The notes beneath the pieces are model-generated. The model ran no database searches and had not been told where the DNA came from. It saw only the letters and a list, made by a program, of their open reading frames with translations. This document shows, piece by piece, positions 46,673 to 53,849 of a stretch of 64,000 nucleotides of DNA (its first letter is position 1; the number at the start of each line of letters is the position of its first letter). The position numbers and the translations under genes are program-made. Where the stretch lies: the sequence record KJ019142.1; one strand, 5' to 3'.

Positions 46673-47059
46673 ATGGGCACACGTTCACGCATCGGTTATC
46701 AACTTCCAACTGGCAATATCGTTTCTGTGTATCATCATTGGGATTCCTATCCTACGTGGTTGGGTAAGAGACTCACCAAAAACTATATCACTGATAAAAC
46801 TATCACCGAACTGATTGATGGTGGTGATATGTCATCTATCGAGAGTAATCGCGACTGGGATCTTAATGAAGTTGCCCCACATGTTCAGTATTATTCACAA
46901 CGTGGTGACACTGGATGTGAACCCCTCCTTCACAAAAACCAAAGAGAGTTTATCAAAACCACTGTAGACTGTTGGGGTGAGTATTCCTACCTATACAGGA
47001 ATGGACGTTGGTTCTGTTATGATGAGAAGGGTAAGTCTGTTTCACTGAAGAACTTATGA
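46673..47059 (+). CDS. Conserved phage hypothetical protein
   Basis: GTRSRIG...SVYHHWDSYPTWLG...LIDGGDMS...EYSYLY. Confidence 0.7.
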   Translation: MGTRSRIGYQLPTGNIVSVYHHWDSYPTWLGKRLTKNYITDKTITELIDGGDMSSIESNRDWDLNEVAPHVQYYSQRGDTGCEPLLHKNQREFIKTTVDCWGEYSYLYRNGRWFCYDEKGKSVSLKNL

Positions 47060-47391
47060 TTAGCAAACTGTTTTCACTATCTGTTGTTCTTGCGGGTTCT
47101 ATCTTACCCGCACAGGCATACCCCAATATCGTATATTGGGAACGCATTGATTGTAACCTCATCACCGAAACTATCCAGAAGTGTGATAGGTACAATGGGC
47201 AGAATGGAGTTTTCATCGAATCATACTACCTGGACATATACACAAACGAACATAGCTTTATAGATCCACGAGGACCTGAAATAGTTGTACCTGATGTAAT
47301 AGAAGAAGAGACACTAGATGATATCCAACCTGATGTAGAATACAACGAACCGATAACAACAACAGACCCACTCCTGAATGATAGTTACTGA
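47056..47391 (+). CDS. Hypothetical exported protein
   Basis: MISKLFSLSVVLAGSILPAQA signal. Confidence 0.6.
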   Translation: MISKLFSLSVVLAGSILPAQAYPNIVYWERIDCNLITETIQKCDRYNGQNGVFIESYYLDIYTNEHSFIDPRGPEIVVPDVIEEETLDDIQPDVEYNEPITTTDPLLNDSY

Positions 47392-47539
47392 TTTTTCCAT
47401 ATTCCTGTCGGCAACCACCTCCTACCATACCCCCTGCCAAACCGATATGGTTTTTTCACCTTTCCCGTCTAGTGGCTCACTGGTGTCTCAGCGAGGCACA
47501 AATGAGATTTCACCCCCATACCACCCCTCTGACCAAAAC
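47392..47539. repeat. Second repeat family, copy B
   Basis: See copy A. Confidence 0.8.
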
Positions 47540-47544
47540 GGATC

Positions 47545-47856
47545 ATGAAACGCTACGGACTTTATTGGCTGAGAGCTATCACCCTGGGAGCTGGTTTGAA
47601 CTTTGTTTTGACTGGTTACCTTATGGGTCACCAAAAGTGGAAGTTTCAACATGCAGCTCCACTCTCAGCGTTTATCTGTGTGAATCTATCGTATGTGGCG
47701 GATCGTCTTATCTTTGGTGATAAGAAGGAACCTGAAGATTTAGATCCAGATACTATTGTTATATCAACCCCACACTGTTGCCCCGTATGTTCAGAGTATC
47801 CTTGCACTTGTGACAGTTGGGAAAGTGGCACAACCCCCCTAGGCAACACCCTCTGA
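47545..47856 (+). CDS. Hypothetical membrane protein
   Basis: Two hydrophobic helices, CCPVC...PCTC; runs through box 20. Confidence 0.5.
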   Translation: MKRYGLYWLRAITLGAGLNFVLTGYLMGHQKWKFQHAAPLSAFICVNLSYVADRLIFGDKKEPEDLDPDTIVISTPHCCPVCSEYPCTCDSWESGTTPLGNTL

Positions 47857-47868
47857 ACCTGCTATACT
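47809..47868 (+). promoter_or_regulatory. Cassette 20 (TAGGCA-17-TATACT)
   Basis: TGTGACAGTTGGGAAAGTGGCACA. Confidence 0.85.
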
Positions 47869-47892
47869 AAACACATACCAAAGGAACCAACC

Positions 47893-48090
47893 ATGAAAGT
47901 CTCTCAGGAAGTTTTCAAGAGTTACATTCAGATACTGGATGAAAACACACAAACATCATGGGATATCCTAAATGTTTTGAATGATATTGTTAGAGGTGAC
48001 TGGGATAACTCAGTCCAGTATTGTTTGGAAAATCCATCAGGCGACCCTATGGATGATTTCAACTACGCAGGCAGTCGCCACCACTATTGA
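47893..48090 (+). CDS. Hypothetical early protein
   Basis: AAGGA RBS after cassette 20. Confidence 0.65.
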   Translation: MKVSQEVFKSYIQILDENTQTSWDILNVLNDIVRGDWDNSVQYCLENPSGDPMDDFNYAGSRHHY

Positions 48091-48119
48091 TCACTAACTC
48101 ACCACACCAACTAACAACT

Positions 48120-48404
48120 ATGACACGCACTCCAATCACAGTTACCCTCAAGCGTAGCGAATGGGAATGTTATACAGACACTCCTGATACTATCATCGAA
48201 ACCATCAACACATACTTCTCTTATGTGTTATCAACTAAAGATAACGCATTTGATGCACAAGCTGAGATATTTAAGTTTCTGAATATGTTTAGTGAGTTTG
48301 GGTTTATGGATAGTGAGTGCCTAGAATGTGCAACTAGAGTTATCAATCGTTACTTTGATTCATATCTTTCCCGCTGGAGTCAGGTGGGTGATGTGACAGT
48401 CTAG
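48120..48404 (+). CDS. Hypothetical protein
   Basis: Start revised to ATG 48120; ends in box 21. Confidence 0.6.
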   Translation: MTRTPITVTLKRSEWECYTDTPDTIIETINTYFSYVLSTKDNAFDAQAEIFKFLNMFSEFGFMDSECLECATRVINRYFDSYLSRWSQVGDVTV

Positions 48405-48450
48405 GAACTGGCACACGCTTCTCCGCAAACCCCTCAGGGGGTGCTATACT
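48392..48450 (+). promoter_or_regulatory. Cassette 21 (TCCGCA-17-TATACT)
   Basis: TGTGACAGTCTAGGAACTGGCACA. Confidence 0.85.
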
Positions 48451-48472
48451 ATATTCATACCAAAGGAACCAA

Positions 48473-48790
48473 ATGAATTTCAGAACACTAGCACTCACCA
48501 CCACCCTGGCTCTCTCCACTGTCCTAGGTGGTTTGGCTCCTGAAGCTAAGTCAGCTGACTTTTGTGACAACATCCCCGGCAACTCGGGATACGTTTGTGT
48601 TACCATGGGTCTCTGGTTCGACTTGGTTGAGGCAGACATACCCGCCTTTGGTGGTAAAGAGTCATTACACATCACCTGTGACGGTGGCTGGTCCTACCGT
48701 TCGAATGGCAACTGGAACAAAGACGCCGCTTCCCTTGTGGCTAAGGAGTACTGTGAAGGTGCTGGCTGGAACAGCCACTCCGAGGTGTGA
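48473..48790 (+). CDS. Exported 4-Cys protein (paralog of 45227)
   Basis: Signal MNFRTLALTTTLALSTVLGGLAPEAKS; TGA supplied by box 22. Confidence 0.7.
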   Translation: MNFRTLALTTTLALSTVLGGLAPEAKSADFCDNIPGNSGYVCVTMGLWFDLVEADIPAFGGKESLHITCDGGWSYRSNGNWNKDAASLVAKEYCEGAGWNSHSEV

Positions 48791-48844
48791 CAGTTGAGGA
48801 AGTGGCACACGCTTCCCCCAAAACCCCTCAGGGGGTGCTATACT
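48786..48844 (+). promoter_or_regulatory. Cassette 22 (weak -35, TATACT)
   Basis: TGTGACAGTTGAGGAAGTGGCACA. Confidence 0.8.
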
Positions 48845-48869
48845 ATATTCATACCAAACAAGGAAACCA

Positions 48870-49136
48870 ATGTTCCCACACCTCCACATCTCTGAATCAA
48901 ACCTCGGACCTCACACCTCCATGTTTTTCAAAGTATCATCACAACCACAAGATGAGTGGCAGAATGGCATTTTCCATAACTCACCTTATGGTATCTTCCA
49001 CCTTCATTCTGAGAAAGGTGTTTATAAGTTGGAACTATCTTCCTCAGGTTTGAATACACCTAAGTTCAGAAAGTGTAAGTGTGAAGATGAACTTACCGCA
49101 CTCACTAAGATTCGTCAGTGGATGGATAAGTTCTGA
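48870..49136 (+). CDS. Hypothetical early protein
   Basis: WQNGIFHNSPY...PKFRKCK. Confidence 0.65.
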   Translation: MFPHLHISESNLGPHTSMFFKVSSQPQDEWQNGIFHNSPYGIFHLHSEKGVYKLELSSSGLNTPKFRKCKCEDELTALTKIRQWMDKF

Positions 49137-49171
49137 TATTATCTAACACAAACCACTCACAACAAACTATC

Positions 49172-49345
49172 ATGAACCGACTAGAACTACTGACCCAACG
49201 TGAACAACTGATGGAGAGGATTGACTCTATCTGTGATGAATTCTTTTATAAGAACTATAATGGAGATACGTCAGAAGCAGATGAATTAGTTCGTATTCTA
49301 TGTGATGCTGTTTGTGAAACCATAGACCCAGCGGGTATGGTGTGA
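49172..49345 (+). CDS. Small hypothetical protein (absent from track)
   Basis: MNRLELLTQREQLMERID...ILCDAVCETID; TGA supplied by box 23. Confidence 0.6.
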   Translation: MNRLELLTQREQLMERIDSICDEFFYKNYNGDTSEADELVRILCDAVCETIDPAGMV

Positions 49346-49399
49346 CAGTTGGACTAGTGGCACACGCTTCTCCGCAAACCCCTCCTCACCTGCTATACT
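49341..49399 (+). promoter_or_regulatory. Cassette 23 (TCCGCA-17-TATACT)
   Basis: TGTGACAGTTGGACTAGTGGCACA. Confidence 0.85.
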
Positions 49400-49424
49400 A
49401 TATTCATACCAAAGGAAACCGACC

Positions 49425-49688
49425 ATGTTCCAAGTCTGTATTGAAGATTCACTAGATCACCGTCATACAGTTGATGAGTTTGAGACTCTGGAAGAAGCAC
49501 AAGAGTGTTATAACGAGTGTTTGAAGATTGGTCCTGAGGGTTATGAACTCTCTGTTGAGTTAGAGCAAGTTATTGGCGACCATGATGATTATATTTCAAT
49601 TGATTTCACCGAGTGGTTTACACAAGAGGAGTGGGATGTGGCTCATCCATGGAATGAGAAGGAAGGAGTATGGGAAAACATAGACTGA
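49425..49688 (+). CDS. Very acidic early protein
   Basis: Sole gene between boxes 23 and 24; Glu/Asp-rich. Confidence 0.65.
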   Translation: MFQVCIEDSLDHRHTVDEFETLEEAQECYNECLKIGPEGYELSVELEQVIGDHDDYISIDFTEWFTQEEWDVAHPWNEKEGVWENID

Positions 49689-49747
49689 TGTGACAGTTGG
49701 AGAAGTGGCACACGCTTCTCCGCAAGACCCGCCTCACCTGCTATACT
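49689..49747 (+). promoter_or_regulatory. Cassette 24 (TCCGCA-17-TATACT)
   Basis: TGTGACAGTTGGAGAAGTGGCACA. Confidence 0.85.
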
Positions 49748-49774
49748 ATTCACATACCAAACAAAGGAAACCAA

Positions 49775-50116
49775 ATGACCACCACCCAAACCAAAACCGA
49801 GTTCCTCACCGAGGCAATGATCGAACAGGTGAACAACCTCTGGAAGGTTTATAACGTGGAGTCAGGTCACACCATCACCCCACTCCTTAAGTATGAAGTG
49901 GCTAAGAAGTATATCAAGGTCTATCGTCTTGATGTTGTCAATGGTGAGATTCGTGACGGTCGTTCTGTGTTTATGTTTATCGATAAGGAGACTGGAGCAG
50001 TTCTGAAACCAGCCAGTTGGAGAGCACCCGCTAAGGGTATCCGGTTCTACATTGAGTCGTTGGCAGAGAACCCTGAGCTGGTTGATCAATACGGTTCATT
50101 CCTCTACCGTCGCTGA
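49775..50116 (+). CDS. Conserved phage hypothetical protein (KPASWxAPAK family)
   Basis: KKYIKV...FMFIDKETGAVLKPASWRAPAKGIRF; start revised. Confidence 0.7.
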   Translation: MTTTQTKTEFLTEAMIEQVNNLWKVYNVESGHTITPLLKYEVAKKYIKVYRLDVVNGEIRDGRSVFMFIDKETGAVLKPASWRAPAKGIRFYIESLAENPELVDQYGSFLYRR

Positions 50117-50176
50117 TGTGACAGCCACCAAGGTGGCACAGGGGGGCTAGGCAGCTCCCCTTCTTTATGCTATACT
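50117..50176 (+). promoter_or_regulatory. Cassette 25 (TAGGCA-17-TATACT, hairpin) upstream of the helicase
   Basis: TGTGACAGCCACCAAGGTGGCACA. Confidence 0.85.
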
Positions 50177-50198
50177 ATATTCATACCAAAGGAACCCG

Positions 50199-51452
50199 AT
50201 GACCCTGACTCTCCGCCCCCACCAACTAGAAGCACTTCAGGTGATGGCTGAGACCCGTCTTGGCCAGATATTAGTTCCAACCGGTGGTGGTAAGACCCTT
50301 ATCGCTATCATGGACGTTGTGAGGACTCTAGAGAACGCAGGAACCCCTCAGACTATCGTTGTGGTAGCTCCCCGTATCCTTCTAGCTCAGCAACTCTGTA
50401 GTGAGTATATGGAGGTTTTGAGCGATAGGTTCGCCAACGTTATCCCCGCCCATATTCACTCAGGTCATACACCTCACTTTTCTACCACTAACATTCAGAA
50501 GATCCATCTTTTCGAGAAGATGATGGATACCGCCAACCTCCACCGCATATATTTCACCACATACAACTCACTTCCACGTTTAGCAGAAGCAGGTGTAAGT
50601 GTAGATACTATTATGTTTGATGAGGCTCATAACTCCACTCGTAATGACTTCTATCCCGCTACTAAGTATTTCTCACAGACCGCTAGTCGTTGTTACTACT
50701 TTACAGCAACTCCCCGTCACTCAGTAACATCCAAGAGACACGGAATGAACGAGTCTGATGTATACGGACAGGTTATCTACAATGTTCCTGCCCCTACACT
50801 TGTACAGGGTGGGTTTATCATCCCCCCACAGGTTCTTGTTAAAGAGATGGAGTTCGTAGCTAAACACGAGCTCATCTCACAACGTGATACAAACCACCTC
50901 ATCTCTTGTATTGATGACAACAACACGAGCAAAGTTCTAGTTTGTGCTAAGTCTGTCAAACAGATCATGCGTATGTTTAGTGAGACCGATATCAGCCAAC
51001 AACTTGATGATCGTGGTTTCTCCTATATGTACATCTCAGCTAAGACTGGTGGTGTTATCAATGGTAAGAAAGTATCACGTACTATGTTCTTCGATACTCT
51101 AAACGAGTGGGGCAAGGATAACAACAAGAAGTTCATTGTTCTTCATCATTCTATTCTCTCTGAAGGTATCAACGTGAGTGGTTTGGAGTCAGCTATCTTC
51201 TTACGTACCATGGATCATATTACTATCTCCCAAACGATTGGACGTGTTATTCGCTTACATAAAGATGATGCTCAAGGTATGAGAGAGGGTACGATTCGCC
51301 CCGGTGATCTTAACTCCTACACTAAGTCGTTTGGTTTGTGTATTGTTCCAGTTTATTCTAAGACACAACAAACCGTTGCTAAGTCTCTTCAAGCAGTTGT
51401 CAATACCGTCTTTGTTGAAGGTGAAGCAGCAACCACAGTTGTGAGGCGTTAG
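50199..51452 (+). CDS. Superfamily 2 DEAH helicase (ResIII/UvsW-like)
   Basis: LRPHQ, PTGGGKT, FDEAHN, FTATP, LSEGIN, QTIGRVIR. Confidence 0.9.
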   Translation: MTLTLRPHQLEALQVMAETRLGQILVPTGGGKTLIAIMDVVRTLENAGTPQTIVVVAPRILLAQQLCSEYMEVLSDRFANVIPAHIHSGHTPHFSTTNIQKIHLFEKMMDTANLHRIYFTTYNSLPRLAEAGVSVDTIMFDEAHNSTRNDFYPATKYFSQTASRCYYFTATPRHSVTSKRHGMNESDVYGQVIYNVPAPTLVQGGFIIPPQVLVKEMEFVAKHELISQRDTNHLISCIDDNNTSKVLVCAKSVKQIMRMFSETDISQQLDDRGFSYMYISAKTGGVINGKKVSRTMFFDTLNEWGKDNNKKFIVLHHSILSEGINVSGLESAIFLRTMDHITISQTIGRVIRLHKDDAQGMREGTIRPGDLNSYTKSFGLCIVPVYSKTQQTVAKSLQAVVNTVFVEGEAATTVVRR

Positions 51453-51453
51453 T

Positions 51454-51582
51454 ATGAATTATCAAAACCAAGCTCTTGTGATACTTCTAGGTCTAATGTT
51501 CATAGCTGGTATTAACGTACTTCACTACGAACAACAATGGCAATGTAGGATGCATCAAACCTATTGTTTTGTTTCTGAATAA
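51454..51582 (+). CDS. Possible small membrane protein
   Basis: MNYQNQALVILLGLMFIAGINV; overlaps the endonuclease 3' end. Confidence 0.35.
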   Translation: MNYQNQALVILLGLMFIAGINVLHYEQQWQCRMHQTYCFVSE

Positions 51583-52271
51583 TACCATAGGTAACCCTTC
51601 CAACGCGAACCCCATTTGATTGAAGTACAAATACCCTTCCCACGATCCTCCTCGTTAAAGGATCTCATCGCAGCACTAATAGAGTCAAACACGGGTGTAA
51701 CATGACCGCTCTTATGAACTCCATAGACTTGTTTCTTATTCTTAGCGTGTTTATGAATCCACCATTTGTGACCATATGCAGTGCCTTCTCGATCTATACT
51801 ACGACGGATACTTGATGGTATTCCGTTTACATATTCAGCGGCAGCAACCCAACCATGAAAGGTCTTTATCTTACCCGTTTCAAGGTTACGACATTTGATC
51901 ACGTTCTTATCATGTTTCTTAGGTTTCTTCTTCCGTTGATAACCCCAACGCCTATCCCCTTTATGATATGACTCTTTATTATTCAGCTTCTTAGTCTTAT
52001 GCTCCATCACTAAAACGTTGTACTCAGGGTTATACTTATTCATCCAATATTCCACTCGTTCAGTAACCTTATTCTCATTCACTTCTTCTAGTATGCGTAT
52101 AGTGAAGTCATCGGAGTTATAGTAACCCAACGCATTCGACAAGGGAGTATTTTCCTCCTTATGATTTCTAAGGATATTAGACCAAACTTTATTCAGGGGA
52201 AGCGTATCATAACCAATGTATTTGTGAGAGGTTTGTCTATTCAAGATGATGTAGATGTTTGTGATACTCAC
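51561..52271 (-). mobile_element. Free-standing GIY-YIG homing endonuclease with two NUMOD1/IENR1-like repeats
   Basis: NIYIILNRQTSHKYIG, conserved E in ERVEYWM, two ...F.(G/S)..AA...I...I...G...G..W repeats; only sizeable minus-strand gene in 27-54 kb. Confidence 0.75.
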
Positions 52272-52607
52272 GCCAGATACTCTCTATTCTGATTGTATAT
52301 ATAAACATTATCTTTTTTTATCACATATCGTTCATCATCTCCCTATTGAATGTTATAATAGAAAGGAAGAGATAAACGTATATAACCAACGTAATCACCT
52401 AAGGAAAGGTTATCTAATAGAAGGAACTAATCAATACATTAACCAACGTAATCATATAGGGGAAGGTGAATAGAAAGCCCTATAGAAAGAACCCCTTATT
52501 CAATACAATCCCCAAGGTAATAACCAATAAGATAGTATCATATAACGAGGTCTTTAGGTTGCTCTAAGTCTCACTGGAAACCTACCTGCCCGTTGCAACC
52601 TAAGCCC

Positions 52608-52636
52608 GTTATAACACGGGACTTCGGAAAAGTCAA
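52608..52636 (-). promoter_or_regulatory. Minus-strand sigma70 promoter facing the GIY-YIG gene
   Basis: Reverse complement reads TTGACT-17-TATAAC with TGn extension. Confidence 0.7.
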
Positions 52637-52682
52637 GGGATCTCCGAAAAACTTAATATTTCTCCCCTCCCCCCTGGACTCC

Positions 52683-52741
52683 TGTGCCAATTCCCAAACT
52701 GGCACACGGAAACCCCAAAACCCCTCCCAGTACCCTATACT
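52683..52741 (+). promoter_or_regulatory. Cassette 26 (weak -35, TATACT)
   Basis: TGTGCCAATTCCCAAACTGGCACA. Confidence 0.8.
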
Positions 52742-52769
52742 ATATTCATACAAACAAAGGGAACACCCC

Positions 52770-52928
52770 ATGACCAAAGCAACTCAGAGACCTTCCACCC
52801 AGAGCCGTTACACCAGTCAGGTAGCCCGGGACCGTAAGGCAGCAGCACTCCAGAGGGCTGAGGAGCGTCGCCTCACTGGCTCATGTGGAGAGGATCAGGT
52901 GAACCGCCTCTACACTGTGACACTCTGA
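52770..52928 (+). CDS. Small basic early protein
   Basis: Sole gene between boxes 26 and 27; start revised. Confidence 0.55.
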   Translation: MTKATQRPSTQSRYTSQVARDRKAAALQRAEERRLTGSCGEDQVNRLYTVTL

Positions 52929-52975
52929 TAACTGGCACACACCCCCTTGACCCCACCCCCTCTATACCCTATAAT
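52916..52975 (+). promoter_or_regulatory. Cassette 27 (TTGACC-17-TATAAT)
   Basis: TGTGACACTCTGATAACTGGCACA. Confidence 0.85.
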
Positions 52976-53025
52976 ATAGAGGTAGGGGGGGAAACCACTC
53001 TACACTCACTCTAAACTCTCTAAAC

Positions 53026-53394
53026 ATGAAAACGTTTCGTTACTCATCCGCCGATCTTAACCAGGGCATGGCTAACCTACTCATCAGCCTCGAGCACGGG
53101 GTGGCAGCTGATAGGGTACAGGTTAACCCTATCGAGGTTGGTACCCCAGTAGTTTCATACGTAACCGATACCACTCGCCGCGGTACTCACGTTATCGTAG
53201 GGTTCGCTCGTGGCACCACTACCGAGGCTAACCCATGGGGCACCGAGGGGCTTAAAACCGTTTACCAGGTGGCATGGGTAGCTGAGGCAGTGAGGTTCAT
53301 ACCTGAGGCAGTTGTACCTATCGTGAGTACCACCCGGGCTAACGAAGAGATGGCACAGGCTCTGATGGTAGCAGCCCTGGCACCCCGATACTGA
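53026..53394 (+). CDS. Hypothetical early protein
   Basis: Behind cassette 27; GC-rich. Confidence 0.6.
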   Translation: MKTFRYSSADLNQGMANLLISLEHGVAADRVQVNPIEVGTPVVSYVTDTTRRGTHVIVGFARGTTTEANPWGTEGLKTVYQVAWVAEAVRFIPEAVVPIVSTTRANEEMAQALMVAALAPRY

Positions 53395-53458
53395 TAATCG
53401 ATATACAGGGGGGCTCTCAGTAGCCCCCTCTATACAAACCCCCCTATACAGAACCCCA

Positions 53459-53620
53459 ATGAACAGCCAACAGCATCTCGACTCTCTTGTAAAGGACCTA
53501 GCCCAGGGCGGTTGCCAAGAGATCGCAGTTATCAAGCTCCCCTCTCAAGCGAAGAGGAACCACAAGACCCTGTTCAGCCCACCCAACCGTAAAGGACCCC
53601 GGGCTAAGGTTTCCGCCTAA
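53459..53620 (+). CDS. Small hypothetical protein (absent from track)
   Basis: MNSQQHLDSLVKDLAQGGCQEIAVIKLPSQAKR... Confidence 0.45.
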   Translation: MNSQQHLDSLVKDLAQGGCQEIAVIKLPSQAKRNHKTLFSPPNRKGPRAKVSA

Positions 53621-53657
53621 CTCCCCCATTCACTCAACCCCCTACCCCCTGAGAACT

Positions 53658-53849
53658 ATGAACAACATCGACAACCTGGCAATGGATCGTTTGGATCAGT
53701 TGGCTTCTATGGTTAGCCACCACATGGAGAACGGAAACGAATCACTCGCCGAACTCTGTGACCAGGAGGCACGGGACCTACTCAACGAACTGGAATCCGA
53801 GGACTACACTTTCTGGGTAATGCAGGACCTCAGCGGGCTGGAAGCCTAG
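53658..53849 (+). CDS. Small acidic hypothetical protein
   Basis: Last ORF before the non-coding tract. Confidence 0.55.
   Translation: MNNIDNLAMDRLDQLASMVSHHMENGNESLAELCDQEARDLLNELESEDYTFWVMQDLSGLEA

Larger units (their letters stand above)
27211..52975 (+). repeat. Dispersed repeat family: 27 copies of a 59-60 bp palindrome + sigma70 promoter cassette
   Basis: Consensus TGTGACAG-N8-(C/G)TGGCACA-N6/7-[-35]-N17-TATACT, followed by a shared (ATATTCA|AAACACA)TACCAAAGGAAC leader; copies listed individually. Confidence 0.95.

Noticed and set aside
38165-47720. ORFs 38165-38407 and 47472-47720 as products of the duplicated element
   Set aside because: Differences between the copies show no clear codon-position bias, the ORFs start at non-equivalent points, and the first runs through a terminator and promoter.
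37147-49774. Apparent paralogous N-termini MGKWHTLP/MEKWHTLL (track starts 37147, 39532, 49697) and other upstream-extended starts (32516, 46028, 52593)
   Set aside because: These are translations of the repeated promoter DNA; the true ATGs lie downstream of the -10 and leader.
52255-52473. 73-aa plus-strand ORF with an NQRNH repeat
   Set aside because: Non-ATG start overlapping the endonuclease start and no RBS; treated as non-coding repeats.
27211-52975. Repeat array as a CRISPR array
   Set aside because: Inter-repeat segments are about 150 to over 3000 nt and contain whole genes; each repeat includes a promoter; no cas genes.
27211-52975. Box as a host CRP or NtcA site
   Set aside because: CRP is TGTGA-N6-TCACA and NtcA is GTA-N8-TAC; here the TGTGA/GCACA arms are 14 nt apart.
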